Positions 1 to 9,874 of a stretch of DNA of 64,000 nucleotides are shown here, piece by piece (position 1 is the stretch's first letter; every line of letters starts with the position of its first letter). The stretch lies in the IMG/VR virus record IMGVR_UViG_3300033141_001941, positions 1 to 64,000 of that record; one strand, 5' to 3'. Source of the stretch: a virus. The position numbers were made by a program, and so were the translations under genes. The notes below the pieces were generated by a model, which saw only the letters and a program-made list of their open reading frames with translations, was not told the DNA's origin and did no database searches.

Positions 1-487
1 CCCTTTTTAAAGAAATACTCTACATTATCACCAAAATCAGAAGGATGCTTGTCGTTCAACCAAACAGTTCCGAGGCTGCTACATGGTCCTTCAGCTAACG
101 AATCAACAATCCATAGCTCATCATTGGAGTCGCCAGCAGCCGTCTTGAATACGGAGTTCACACCAACACGTTGCTTCCCGTATACAACTTTTATCGGAGT
201 CTGCGTGTCACTGGTATTAAGACGGAGACCCTGATTCATCTTCTGCTGTGAGAAAGACGGCAAACTCAAATCATCCTGCAACGCGGATTCCTGCAACGCG
301 CCTGCCGCCCCAACAACAGCCCCGCCAATAAAGCCGCCACCAATCCCAGGGATTCCTACAGCCCCAACAAGCGCCCCCGTAAACAATCCTTCTACCGTAA
401 TGTCATTGCCAGCTAGTACAGAAACCGCTGCATACCCCCCAGCACCGCCTAAAGCAGCAGCGACAGCAAGTCCACTTACACCCGGCA
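1..487 (-). CDS. Tail hub / host-specificity protein, N-terminal fragment (gene runs off the left edge; lambda gpJ / GTA g15 position)
   Basis: Not in the ORF track because it is truncated. ATG at 487 overlaps the stop of the upstream ORF (ATGCCGGGTGTAA). My translation is MPGVSGLAVAAALGGAGGY...GIPGIGGGFIGGAVVGAAGA (Gly-rich hydrophobic N-terminus), then ...RLNTSDTQTPIKVVYGKQRVGVNSVF... The frame is open to base 1. It follows the M/L/K-like genes. Confidence 0.45.
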
Positions 488-919
488 TCTATACGCCTCC
501 TCAATCATGTATCCACCAACACCAATTGGTAGCTGAGTCACTCCGACAGAATACGTAACAGCAATCATATTACCATTACCCGCGTTTATGGTAAGAAACA
601 ACTCATCTGGCTGATTCTTATTAGAACAAACTAATACATCTCCAGCCAATGTCCTACTGACAGGAACCTTATCAAGCAGCTTATTTAGAAACGCTAACAT
701 AACACCCTGAGCGCGTTTTTTATCCATGGTATATAACTCACCGTAATTATCCATAGAATATCCACCAAACGTATACGGCACGTCTACACCCTGCTTCCTA
801 AGATGTTCTACAACAAGCCTAAAACAATCCAGACCGTCGTCTGAGCACAAAGCATATGGTTTGCCCATTAGCTTATACATCTTAGCTAATCTTGCGGGCC
901 GCGTTTTCTTCCCCACCAT
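476..919 (-). CDS. NlpC/P60-like tail-tip peptidase (lambda gpK / GTA g14 position)
   Basis: 147 aa. YALCSDDGLDCFRLVVEHL resembles the NlpC/P60 catalytic Cys region. It lies between the L-like and J-like genes. Confidence 0.45.
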   Translation of the reverse strand: MVGKKTRPARLAKMYKLMGKPYALCSDDGLDCFRLVVEHLRKQGVDVPYTFGGYSMDNYGELYTMDKKRAQGVMLAFLNKLLDKVPVSRTLAGDVLVCSNKNQPDELFLTINAGNGNMIAVTYSVGVTQLPIGVGGYMIEEAYRCRV

Positions 920-1536
920 ATCTCTTTACCTATCAATCCCGGTAGCCATCTAAACCCACCAAAGTTAGCAGTATTACCCAACTGAGAACACCGTGCATAA
1001 CTTCTGTCGCATTCGGTTTCGGAGCCGGGGTATTTACATTCAGTTCCCTTGAACTCCTTCCAACGACAACTAGCCAAATGTCTGTTCAAAGTAGTTTTAC
1101 TCCACCGGTTGAGTTTACTCACAACAGTAAACGAAACTTTTTCCTCATCAAGAGTCCATGCGTCTACAACACCTCTAAATAACTCAACAGCATCGGTACC
1201 TAAAGTAGCACCAAGACTATCCACAAGAACCAATGATATTCGCACTTCCTTACCCTGCGCGGTGGAGTCAAACAACACTGTTGCTACATCATCAGTGTTA
1301 TCAAGCTCAACCGTCGTATCGCTAACAATACGACTAGCAGAGTAATTCACACTCGAAAACGAAAACATCCGAGGCACAAACCGGCACGTACCATACGTAG
1401 CACTTCTGTGCAAAATGGGAACGTCACAATCAGTAAACACATAAGACGTTCCAAAAGACGACATGTCCAACAAAATAAAGGGGCGTATCTCCTTAGATTG
1501 TAATGCTGCTACTATGCTAGGATCTATTGTCTTCAT
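886..1536 (-). CDS. Minor tail protein L-like (DUF2163/BR0599-like) with C-terminal Cys cluster
   Basis: 216 aa. The C-terminal SCRWKEFKGTECKYPGSETECDRSYARC is a 4-Cys cluster typical of gpL-type tail-tip proteins. Synteny follows M-L-K-J. Confidence 0.5.
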   Translation of the reverse strand: MKTIDPSIVAALQSKEIRPFILLDMSSFGTSYVFTDCDVPILHRSATYGTCRFVPRMFSFSSVNYSASRIVSDTTVELDNTDDVATVLFDSTAQGKEVRISLVLVDSLGATLGTDAVELFRGVVDAWTLDEEKVSFTVVSKLNRWSKTTLNRHLASCRWKEFKGTECKYPGSETECDRSYARCSQLGNTANFGGFRWLPGLIGKEIWWGRKRGPQD

Positions 1537-1541
1537 AAGAA

Positions 1542-2129
1542 CTACTCATCGTTTAGAAATCCCTCAAGACCTATTCCAAACCTCTTCCAGTGCGAGTACA
1601 ATACCTCCAAATTCGCCGAATCATCAGCAAACGTACACCGCATACGCAACCGCCCGTTGAACCTACATGTATAACGTTTCCCAAGCGTACCGTCAGACGT
1701 AGCCAATGTGGCGGTATCTTCACCATCAGGACCAGCACCAGTTGCCAATGTCCAGTCCGTACCACCACCAGTAAGCTCACTACCATCAGCGTATAGAGAA
1801 CAAGCTGTCGCTCCCTTACACGGTAAAGTCAAGACAGTAGTAGAACCATCACCGGTCGCTACGTACTCGTCGCGGTAGTAGTCAACTTCATCGTGTATAA
1901 ACGTAAAGATACTACCAACATTGTCTACGTAAAACTGCCGCAGTGTTTTGAAATCAGCAGCCGTTAAGTTCTTATACCGCAACACCAAGTTCCTTTTTGG
2001 GTATATAGACTTCTTCTTCAGCCGCTTCTTCCCCATAGTAGCAAATGACGTGCGAAGTACTATTGACTTCATAGTCATTGATTCAGGACGACTATACCTA
2101 ATTGACTTTAATCTTGGAAATAAAGCCAT
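1542..2129 (-). CDS. Distal tail / minor tail protein M-like
   Basis: 195 aa. Its start overlaps the tape measure stop. The call rests on position immediately downstream of the tape measure gene only. Confidence 0.35.
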   Translation of the reverse strand: MALFPRLKSIRYSRPESMTMKSIVLRTSFATMGKKRLKKKSIYPKRNLVLRYKNLTAADFKTLRQFYVDNVGSIFTFIHDEVDYYRDEYVATGDGSTTVLTLPCKGATACSLYADGSELTGGGTDWTLATGAGPDGEDTATLATSDGTLGKRYTCRFNGRLRMRCTFADDSANLEVLYSHWKRFGIGLEGFLNDE

Positions 2130-5100
2130 TATCGAATACCTCTCTTTATTAAGGATCTAAGATCGGAATCACCAGCACACAAAGCCATCTTGAACGGTGC
2201 CATAAATGCTTCAGGATTACGTACTGCTACGTCGTAGATAGATTTTGCATCCATCGCCGTTACGTACACAACGTTATTCACAGTTACAGGTTGTTTGTCA
2301 GAATCAGTGTCCTCCTTTGGAATTACCATCTCACCCTTTTGCAAAATAGCTGGAAACTCATCCGCTGCAAGGCCGTCATGTAATCGCATTGTGTTAGGAG
2401 ACACAGGCAAAATGGTTTTAGGAGTTGCAGTATACCCGACTTTTCCTCCTTTATGAAATAGAGACCACGCTGCCCATTCAGCTGCCATCTCCTCCATACC
2501 AGCCGAGTTCGCGGCTTCAAAAATGGCTGCATAGTCACCCCCACCACCTCCAAAGGAAGCACTTAACCATGAGCCAATATCACTAAGCCACCCACCGCCC
2601 TTGAAGTCCTTACCAAACAACCCTTGCGTCAGCATTTGCCCCATCATATCGGCCTGAGCGCGTAAGATACTATCAAAAATAGCAAGTGCATAGTCTTTTA
2701 GACTATCAAACTCACCCTTCATTGCAGAGAAGAAGAAATCGGAAAAATTACGCTGCATAGATTCAGCAGTAGTCCGCGATAATTCTATGAGATAGTGCGA
2801 TGTATCTTCTGCTATCTGCTTTCGCTCATCCTCTTTCCTCTGGTATTCCTTGACAGACGCTTCGGCTATCATAAGCTCCGCATCTGTAGTCATACCAAGT
2901 ATCAACCCCTCATCGTAGGCTTCGGCTTCTTTCTGCGCTTCTTTAAGCCCACTAAAATACTCTTTATAGTATTGGGTCAAACTAGCGTATGTGCGCCGTT
3001 GTCGTTGTAATATGTCGTCAAAATACTGCTGCCAATACTCTGCCATATCTATAAGCGTAAGCTCATTTGCAGTAATTAGCGCGTCATCGTATTCCTTAGC
3101 GGCACCCAAAGCTTTCAGATAATTCTCAGCGTCAGTCGTCTCCCGCTCCCGCCACATACTCTTATGTGCGTCCAACATGCGCTGCTCATGATCGTACCAA
3201 TCATGACGCTCATAAATTCCAAGAAGTGCAGCATCATAATCTTCAGCAGCCTCAACAGCGTCTTTCCACTCTTTACTAGCAAACACCTTGCTCGACGAAA
3301 TCTCCTCAATCTTATCGTCGATTAAAGCAAGCTGCGTATTAAGTGCAATCAACTGCTCTTCATCCCCATGGAAGTGAAACAACCCACCATAGAGCCGTTC
3401 CCGTATCGTGTCTATTTGACTTAGTATTTCCTCCCGCTGCAACTTCAACACTTCCAACGCTGGATTCTCACCCTTCAGCGAATCAATAAGCTTCCGTAGC
3501 CCTTCACTTCCCTCTTTTATCGTTACCTCAAGCACCTTACCGTAACTCACCAAACCCTGCTCAGCATACACCAACGCATCACCAAGCACTTTAAACTCAC
3601 CAACCGTGTAGGAAAACAAAGACACAAGCCCAAAAACACGAGCAAACCCAAACTTGGAACCAAGAAGTATTGCAGCAATAAGCCCACCTTCTCTAATGGA
3701 AACAGGAAGTGCTCCCCAACCTGAGGTAATCGTACCGAACAACCCACCTAATGCAGTCGTAAGCTTTCCTATGTCTACAGCAGCCTTCGCAGCTCCAGAC
3801 GCCATATCTTCAATAGCAGTTTTATGGTCTCTAATCCACTGCGTAGTTCCAAGAATAGACTTCTTCAACTCCTCCCTGTACCGCTCAAACATATCTATAG
3901 CAACAGACTCTATAACCGACCGCAGCGCCTTGAACGCTCCTTCAACAGTCTTCGTCATGGTCTCAGCCAGTTGCTTCGCTTCACCGTCGGACGCCCTAAT
4001 TTGTTCCCGCAGAGATTCAAACTCTGGAATTGCCTCCTTTAATACAAGTACTGCCCGCCCAGCCCGTTGAGTAAAAACGTGCATCGTCTTTTCGGCTGAC
4101 CAATTTGCTTCTTTTATCTTTTTCAACACTGTTATCAGATCCGTTCCCGGACCAAGCCCGAGTTCCTTTGCTGCTCTTGATGTCTGCTGAAACGCCATAG
4201 CTAACTGGGTGCCCGCCATTGAATTGCCACATGCTAAAGCTTTCCCGTTCCTACGAACTATCAACACATGATCTGGAGGAACCTCCGCGCAATATACCAT
4301 ACCGTCATAGTCGACCCATTCCTCCTTTATAGTAGTACCAACACCACTTAGTCTCTTACCATGTATTCCTTTATACTCATCCTGACAAAACGCTGGAGTA
4401 AGCTGATTTTTCCGCACGTCAACTTTATAATTGCTTCTCCTCTGTTTTATCGCTCTACCACGGATAAAACCGACTTTATCATCATTAGTCACATCTTTTA
4501 CTGCCGCTCCGTAGCCTATCTTCAAACATATCTCTTGTATATCGTCAACCAATCTTTTTGAAGCAGAATACACACATCCAGTCGCGCGACTCCCATCCCC
4601 CTCTACCAAAGTTCTATACAGAACCAAAAGCAGATCAGGACTCAGATTCTTTATCTCAGAAGGAATGTACTTTTCATAACACTTACCGAAAGCAACTACA
4701 TAATTATAAAGTTGCTGACTGAATATAACAAAATTACCATTTGTATAGTTAAACTTAAAAGGCAGCCTACTTAAACACGATCGAATTAACCTTTTCCCCC
4801 TCTCATTTTTCTGAGTGATACATATTCTATACGCTCTCTTGTAGCAATCACAACAGCCCTCCGCAAGATACCAACCCAAAAACTCAACAAAATCCCGTGC
4901 GTTAATCTTTAAGGGCCTAATTGTCTTGCTCCAACTTCCTCTATTCTGACTGAACCCAGGTAGTGTTATATACTTTTGGTTATTGCCATTCCAATGAAAC
5001 TTAGACAAATACTTAACTGGTCTTCCGACAACCTCATCAGCCCGAACAAGCTGATACCTCTTATCAGTAGTTCTATACAAACTTACAAACATATTATGAT

Positions 5101-6130
5101 TCGGCGTAACCAGCAGATCAACATGCTTGTTCTTTACTCTATACATCTTTCCAGTATGTCTGTAAGCTATAAGTCTAACAGGCGTGTGATAGCTGATTTC
5201 ATGCGTTTCAGGATGAACAGTAGCAAACTCGTCGTCCTCAGTCACGTCTTGCCATTTTTTCCAACCATCCTTAGTAAGTACTTCTGTTTCCGGATCATAA
5301 CATCCCTGTATACCTGCATTCCCGAGTAAACCAATCAATGCGGATAGCGTTTCAATATCGTATCCAAAGGCATGAGCCAAAGGTGCAGCATACTTAAACG
5401 ACTCAGCCATCATTTCCATATCAGTATTGGTGCGGGTTATCGTAGCAATAAACCTATCGTTCACCCTACCGAGTTCGTCTACGCTCAATCCCATGGCTGT
5501 GAGAGCATTAGTAGCAATATCAGCCGCACGACCAAGATCAAGATTGCCCGCTGTAGCCAAATCCAACACTCCAGGAAGGGCCTTCACAGCTTCAGCAGCT
5601 TCAAAGCCTGCCATACCAAGAAAACGTAACCCCTCAGCTGCCTGTGTAGCAGACCACCGCGTCTGCTCACCCATCTTACGTGCTATGTCGTTAAGATCAT
5701 CAAACTCCTTCCCAGTAGCACGAGTAACTCCCCGAACTACAGCCATCGTCTTTTCAAAAGACTTGCCGACATCCACGACTGCCTTAACAGCAGCAATAGC
5801 TCCAATACCAGCTAATGCAGTTCTAAGTGAAAACAAATTTCTAACAGCAGACGATACACCCCTTCCCATAGTAGCAACCGCACCAGCTACACTACCAATA
5901 CTCAACTGAAAACGAGCGACCTCCAAACGCGTCATCTTAACGCTTTTACGCAACTCATTTACCGCCCGCTCAGCCTTATCAGCAGCAAGACGTTTTCGTA
6001 GCCTATCTTCAAGCTGTTTAACCCGCCTCTCTGCCTGTTCAGTAGAAGCACCAAGGTCTTTCAGCTCCCTAGCCAACCTCTTAGAAGCAATAACTGCCTC
6101 ACGGGTACTTATGGGAACTTCTAACGCCAT
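2129..6130 (-). CDS. Tail tape measure protein (TP901-type core) interrupted by an intein
   Basis: 1333 aa with a coiled-coil-rich, Ala/Gly-rich N-terminus. It lies directly after the G/G-T chaperones. The core motif ...LLGNAGIQG / SMAGTQLAMAF... is split by a 360-aa Hint+LAGLIDADG insertion. Confidence 0.85.
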   Translation of the reverse strand: MALEVPISTREAVIASKRLARELKDLGASTEQAERRVKQLEDRLRKRLAADKAERAVNELRKSVKMTRLEVARFQLSIGSVAGAVATMGRGVSSAVRNLFSLRTALAGIGAIAAVKAVVDVGKSFEKTMAVVRGVTRATGKEFDDLNDIARKMGEQTRWSATQAAEGLRFLGMAGFEAAEAVKALPGVLDLATAGNLDLGRAADIATNALTAMGLSVDELGRVNDRFIATITRTNTDMEMMAESFKYAAPLAHAFGYDIETLSALIGLLGNAGIQGCYDPETEVLTKDGWKKWQDVTEDDEFATVHPETHEISYHTPVRLIAYRHTGKMYRVKNKHVDLLVTPNHNMFVSLYRTTDKRYQLVRADEVVGRPVKYLSKFHWNGNNQKYITLPGFSQNRGSWSKTIRPLKINARDFVEFLGWYLAEGCCDCYKRAYRICITQKNERGKRLIRSCLSRLPFKFNYTNGNFVIFSQQLYNYVVAFGKCYEKYIPSEIKNLSPDLLLVLYRTLVEGDGSRATGCVYSASKRLVDDIQEICLKIGYGAAVKDVTNDDKVGFIRGRAIKQRRSNYKVDVRKNQLTPAFCQDEYKGIHGKRLSGVGTTIKEEWVDYDGMVYCAEVPPDHVLIVRRNGKALACGNSMAGTQLAMAFQQTSRAAKELGLGPGTDLITVLKKIKEANWSAEKTMHVFTQRAGRAVLVLKEAIPEFESLREQIRASDGEAKQLAETMTKTVEGAFKALRSVIESVAIDMFERYREELKKSILGTTQWIRDHKTAIEDMASGAAKAAVDIGKLTTALGGLFGTITSGWGALPVSIREGGLIAAILLGSKFGFARVFGLVSLFSYTVGEFKVLGDALVYAEQGLVSYGKVLEVTIKEGSEGLRKLIDSLKGENPALEVLKLQREEILSQIDTIRERLYGGLFHFHGDEEQLIALNTQLALIDDKIEEISSSKVFASKEWKDAVEAAEDYDAALLGIYERHDWYDHEQRMLDAHKSMWRERETTDAENYLKALGAAKEYDDALITANELTLIDMAEYWQQYFDDILQRQRRTYASLTQYYKEYFSGLKEAQKEAEAYDEGLILGMTTDAELMIAEASVKEYQRKEDERKQIAEDTSHYLIELSRTTAESMQRNFSDFFFSAMKGEFDSLKDYALAIFDSILRAQADMMGQMLTQGLFGKDFKGGGWLSDIGSWLSASFGGGGGDYAAIFEAANSAGMEEMAAEWAAWSLFHKGGKVGYTATPKTILPVSPNTMRLHDGLAADEFPAILQKGEMVIPKEDTDSDKQPVTVNNVVYVTAMDAKSIYDVAVRNPEAFMAPFKMALCAGDSDLRSLIKRGIR
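4223..5302 (-). mobile_element. Intein (class 1, with LAGLIDADG homing-endonuclease domain) inside the tape measure protein, residues 277-636
   Basis: Starts at Cys (CYDPETEVLTKDG; tgt codon verified at 5300-5302). Block B is VTPNHNMFV. The LAGLIDADG-like motifs are FLGWYLAEG and LYRTLVEGDGS. The C-terminal block is VYCAEVPPDHVLIVRRNGKALACGN followed by +1 Ser (aat tca verified at 4220-4225). Confidence 0.85.
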
Positions 6131-6444
6131 TTTTTCTCCTTATTACCGAAACGCTTAAGCGCCTCTTTGTACTGCCTAACGATGTTAGGAAATACCGCGT
6201 CTTCAATTTTGAGCATCTTAATAAAAGTCACTTTAGATAGCCCCAGTTTGTCGCATAAATTAACCATAGTAGTTGCAGATATTCTGTTTACACATGTTTC
6301 ACTGGCCGGTCTATCGAACTCGTTGAGCACCGCCCACCAAACCCATGCCTCCTCGTTTTCAGGCATAAGTTTGGGCATATCACAATCGGTGTCACATGGA
6401 GGATCACCGTCATATATACGTGTACATTCATCACACAACACCAC
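6121..6444 (-). CDS. Tail assembly chaperone, T-like segment, expressed as a G-T fusion by -1 frameshift
   Basis: This frame is -1 relative to the G ORF. It is open from the slippery site (reads ...LIDWSVWCTTPGVVLCDEC...). It ends overlapping the tape measure start (ATGGCGTTAG). Confidence 0.7.
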   Translation of the reverse strand: MVLCDECTRIYDGDPPCDTDCDMPKLMPENEEAWVWWAVLNEFDRPASETCVNRISATTMVNLCDKLGLSKVTFIKMLKIEDAVFPNIVRQYKEALKRFGNKEKKWR

Positions 6445-6476
6445 ACCAGGAGTCGTACACCAGACCGACCAGTCTA

Positions 6477-6860
6477 TTAGTTTTTTTCCGCTTCCTTCTC
6501 ATGCTTATCAGCTTCAATAGTAATACGATCCGCCGCCTCTATAACATCGTTTATCACACCGGGGTTGTATTCATACACAAGCAATTTGTGCTCACGATCA
6601 CAAGGAAGCGGATTGCCTTCCTCATCAACCACATCTTCCCAACCGACGATTATCTTATCAATCCGATCAAACGTGATATTGAGAAAATCGTAGTCAATAA
6701 AACGCTCCTTACGCCCAACCCGTGTTGGGGAATCCCACTCCACCTTTCTATGTTGCTGCATCATGTCTTTCAGCTCTGTAGGTGTCAATGGAATAACCCA
6801 CCAAATCGCTCCATGAAGATCAATCCGGTGTTTTTCCCGCTTAGTTCTTACCTTTAGCAT
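6477..6860 (-). CDS. Tail assembly chaperone G-like
   Basis: 127 aa, with AAGGAGG SD. It lies between the tail tube and tape measure genes and ends in the slippery site. Confidence 0.7.
   Translation of the reverse strand: MLKVRTKREKHRIDLHGAIWWVIPLTPTELKDMMQQHRKVEWDSPTRVGRKERFIDYDFLNITFDRIDKIIVGWEDVVDEEGNPLPCDREHKLLVYEYNPGVINDVIEAADRITIEADKHEKEAEKN
6480..6486 (-). promoter_or_regulatory. -1 programmed ribosomal frameshift slippery heptamer A_AAA_AAC
   Basis: The minus strand reads GAA GCG GAA AAA AAC TAA. The heptamer sits immediately before the G stop codon, which is the canonical position in tailed-phage G/G-T genes. Confidence 0.7.
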
Positions 6861-6960
6861 AACTAACCTCCTTCTTACCGTTGGTTAAGCGTGGCTGCGG
6901 GTGAAGCACGGGAGGGAAACTTCAACTGCTCAGCAGCAAGCCCAACAGCCACGCATATAG

Positions 6961-8136
6961 TTACCTAAAAATCATATCAACAGAATCCTCCCCGTTCGTA
7001 CCAAGCGCCCGTCCAGGCATGTTCAGCTCAACAGCAGGCGCAGCAAAGTTTATCTCTGGCACCCGCAACCGCACTTTCTGAAAGTGGACGAGCAATCTAC
7101 TACCGGCTGTCGTGCCAAACTCGATACGAAGCGGCACTGTATTCCCAGAGTACCCCTCGTTAAAGTACTTGGCATCCGCCTTCCTGAAGTAGACATTCAC
7201 ATCCATGGATATTTCCCGCTCGTCTTCCATGTAGGCCGTAGGATACGTTGTCCCCACCTCATCTGTGATGTACTGCTTCGGACAACTAAACGTAATGCTA
7301 CTGTTCTTTATAGAAGCAGACACCCCATTGATCTTAATGGTCGTATCCTTACCCTCAATTGGAGACCCAATGGTAGTTCCGGACGGTAGATACCCAGCAA
7401 CGACATCACCACTGGACCACGTTGCTCCCAACGTAGCACTCAACGTGAGCTTATTCGTAGCCGTGTTGATAGTAGCAATAGTCCACCCACTTCCGCCATT
7501 CGTGAGATCCTGCGTGGAGTTGTAAATCCTGATTCCAGGCTTAAACCTATCAGCATCAGCAACAATAATAGAAGACGCGGCGGACGCCCTGTCTGTCTGA
7601 ACTGCATCCGTACCAGCCCAATACATCTTCATACCTTGCCCGCTAAACTCGAACTTTACAGCTCCCTCATTGCTAACGCTCAGCACGCCTTGCTGAACAG
7701 TACAACCGGACAACGCCTGAACAAAGTGGTCGGTCTTCAACCACAATGAAAAAGACGGTGCAGTAGTAGCCGGCCTATACAGAACAGCAGAAGTCTGCGT
7801 TACCGTCGCAAAGTTAGCACAAGCCGCTGTCGTCTTCTCACCAAGCAGCGATTCATAAAGCGAACTCCCTTGCGGGTCGCTACCAATAGATCCACCAGGA
7901 CGCACATACGTAGGAAGCGTAAAACTCCCAGCAGGCATGGCCGCCTGAAACTGATCTAAAACATCAAGAGAATCCCGCTTTTCCTCCGAATTAACAAAAT
8001 CCGGACTTTGGTTGATAACAGCATCTCCAGCAGGCAACACTTGATGACTAGCAGACGGCCACGCTAGTGTACCTGTGCTAGTCTCCTTTACTGCAAATGC
8101 CACCTGCACACGCGATATACCAATATCAGTAGACAT
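6961..8136 (-). CDS. Major tail tube protein (probable)
   Basis: The track ORF is 6961..8229. The internal ATG at 8136 (MSTDIGISRVQVAF...) has AGGAGG 7 nt upstream. 391 aa, Thr/Ser/Gly-rich and beta-type composition. It is immediately upstream of the G/G-T chaperones. Confidence 0.5.
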   Translation of the reverse strand: MSTDIGISRVQVAFAVKETSTGTLAWPSASHQVLPAGDAVINQSPDFVNSEEKRDSLDVLDQFQAAMPAGSFTLPTYVRPGGSIGSDPQGSSLYESLLGEKTTAACANFATVTQTSAVLYRPATTAPSFSLWLKTDHFVQALSGCTVQQGVLSVSNEGAVKFEFSGQGMKMYWAGTDAVQTDRASAASSIIVADADRFKPGIRIYNSTQDLTNGGSGWTIATINTATNKLTLSATLGATWSSGDVVAGYLPSGTTIGSPIEGKDTTIKINGVSASIKNSSITFSCPKQYITDEVGTTYPTAYMEDEREISMDVNVYFRKADAKYFNEGYSGNTVPLRIEFGTTAGSRLLVHFQKVRLRVPEINFAAPAVELNMPGRALGTNGEDSVDMIFR

Positions 8137-8329
8137 AGAATCACCTCCTGTAGCTCCAGCCTTATCACGCCAAGCACTGCTTGCCGTGTCTCTAAATGTG
8201 GAACTTACTGTAACTCGAAACAAAGGCATAGTTACTCACCGCCTTTCGATTCCCTAACCAGCAACATATCACCTCCTCGTAACACCATTTTCTCTCCACT
8301 ATAAAACTCTATACATAGCACACCATGTA

Positions 8330-8905
8330 CTATGGGGTTTCCTCTGACCAAGACGAAGCACTATCCATTTGCATACTCATCCAATAACTGCTATCAATTC
8401 CAACTAGACAAATAAACTCACTTGCCGCCCCGGTTGATACAATAGCCTCTCCAGCCGATGCAGCTGTTCCACCAAGAATTATATAGTCTGAAGCCTCTGG
8501 GTCTATCGTTATAGCCCGTGCGTATCGGTTCCTAAAACAAAAGAAGCAGTTTGTAGGATCAGCAGGCAAATCAAACTCTATCGCATCATCATCATTGTTT
8601 ATGTACACCGCACGCTTTCCAGAAACAGTAACAGTTGCATCAGTAGACAAATAAACAACAACCCCACTGTTGCTAGTAGTAAACCTAGCTTCACCGTCAC
8701 TGCTTATGGCGGCCACCTCATTTGCAGAACTGTCTTCAATAGAAACATCGCTTGTTCCGTCCGAATCAGGCAGTTGCAACCTTAAATCTCCGGAACCAGA
8801 ATCAATCAGTGGACCAGCAGAAGCAAGAAACATTAGCCCGCGTAGGACCATATATGTAACACAACTAACAACGAGCAGAGTAACTAAAAATCGTTTTGCT
8901 GACAT
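8330..8905 (-). CDS. Membrane-anchored/exported hypothetical protein
   Basis: ATG at 8905 has AGGAGG 7 nt upstream. The N-terminus MSAKRFLVTLLVVSCVTYMVLRGLMFLASAG is a signal-anchor type. Confidence 0.45.
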   Translation of the reverse strand: MSAKRFLVTLLVVSCVTYMVLRGLMFLASAGPLIDSGSGDLRLQLPDSDGTSDVSIEDSSANEVAAISSDGEARFTTSNSGVVVYLSTDATVTVSGKRAVYINNDDDAIEFDLPADPTNCFFCFRNRYARAITIDPEASDYIILGGTAASAGEAIVSTGAASEFICLVGIDSSYWMSMQMDSASSWSEETP

Positions 8906-8915
8906 GATTAACCTC

Positions 8916-9422
8916 CTAAAACCTTGAAGAGTAAATCTCATCGCCATCATCTAAAACAATAGAATCAGACACACCAAGTATAATTTTGTCCGGATCTCCA
9001 GGATAAGATGTCATCTTCATTGATACAGATCCAGATCCGGATTTCCTAGCAACCGTTTTTTCACAGTACTCTAACCACACATTATGCATTTCTATACTTG
9101 ACTGTATCCTCCTTGAATAATTCCATACTAAATGAACAACCTCCCCTTGCGTACAGCTTTTGTATACCTCCCTTGAATAGTGGCTTTGCAAAGTTCCTTT
9201 GACTGCTGTAACCACAAAGTAATAGGTATCACTTGTAGGAGCAGTCCAATATGTATCAGTCCGTTCCCAGCCATAAATAATAATACTATTGTTTGCAATA
9301 TACTGCTTTGATGTGGTTGAGTAAAACACACGAAAACAACGGAGTGTTTCTGCATATACACTAAAGTAACAGAAACAGATTATTGTTACTATTATTAACC
9401 CTGACACAAAACCTTTTCGCAT
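8916..9422 (-). CDS. Secreted hypothetical protein (Sec signal peptide)
   Basis: MRKGFVSGLIIVTIICFCYFSVYA/ETL resembles a cleavable signal peptide. Confidence 0.45.
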   Translation of the reverse strand: MRKGFVSGLIIVTIICFCYFSVYAETLRCFRVFYSTTSKQYIANNSIIIYGWERTDTYWTAPTSDTYYFVVTAVKGTLQSHYSREVYKSCTQGEVVHLVWNYSRRIQSSIEMHNVWLEYCEKTVARKSGSGSVSMKMTSYPGDPDKIILGVSDSIVLDDGDEIYSSRF

Positions 9423-9874
9423 TCTACCAACCACCTCACTTTCCTGTCTACAGGATCATCAGGAAGTTCTCCAGTACTAACAGCTTTATCGAATAAAGCT
9501 CGCAACGCTTCAGGAAGAGGCAAATCAACATCATCACACTCTTCTGCATCTACAAAATCGTTCTGATGATTATTTCCATTCGATCGACTACCTATCTGAA
9601 TAGGACCGACAGTTATTATGTTTATTGTGTGGTTGTCCTTCCCACCTTTTAGGACCTTACTTATAACCTGCTGTGCCAAAGCCATATCCTGAACAAGAAC
9701 AGCGTCATTATCACTAGTAGAAGTTCTTGTTTGCTGCCTAACAGCAGTCTTTACAGCACGTCTTGTAGCATGATGCCCACGCAAGTAAACATTACCCGGC
9801 TTTGTAACAGGCTTTCCACACCCACAAGCACACAACGGAAGCTCTTCCTTTTTCACAACTGCATCATCCATCAT
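9395..9874 (-). CDS. Hypothetical protein with CxCGCG zinc-ribbon-like motif
   Basis: 159 aa with LCACGCGKPVTKPGNVYLRGHH near the N-terminus. ATGA overlap with the upstream gene. Confidence 0.45.
   Translation of the reverse strand: MMDDAVVKKEELPLCACGCGKPVTKPGNVYLRGHHATRRAVKTAVRQQTRTSTSDNDAVLVQDMALAQQVISKVLKGGKDNHTINIITVGPIQIGSRSNGNNHQNDFVDAEECDDVDLPLPEALRALFDKAVSTGELPDDPVDRKVRWLVECEKVLCQG

Noticed and set aside
6889-6951. Terminator between the tail tube and chaperone genes (9-bp inverted repeat GCGTGGCTG / CAGCCACGC)
   Set aside because: The loop is ~45 nt and no U-tract follows the stem. It may be an RNA processing or stability element, but it is not a convincing intrinsic terminator.
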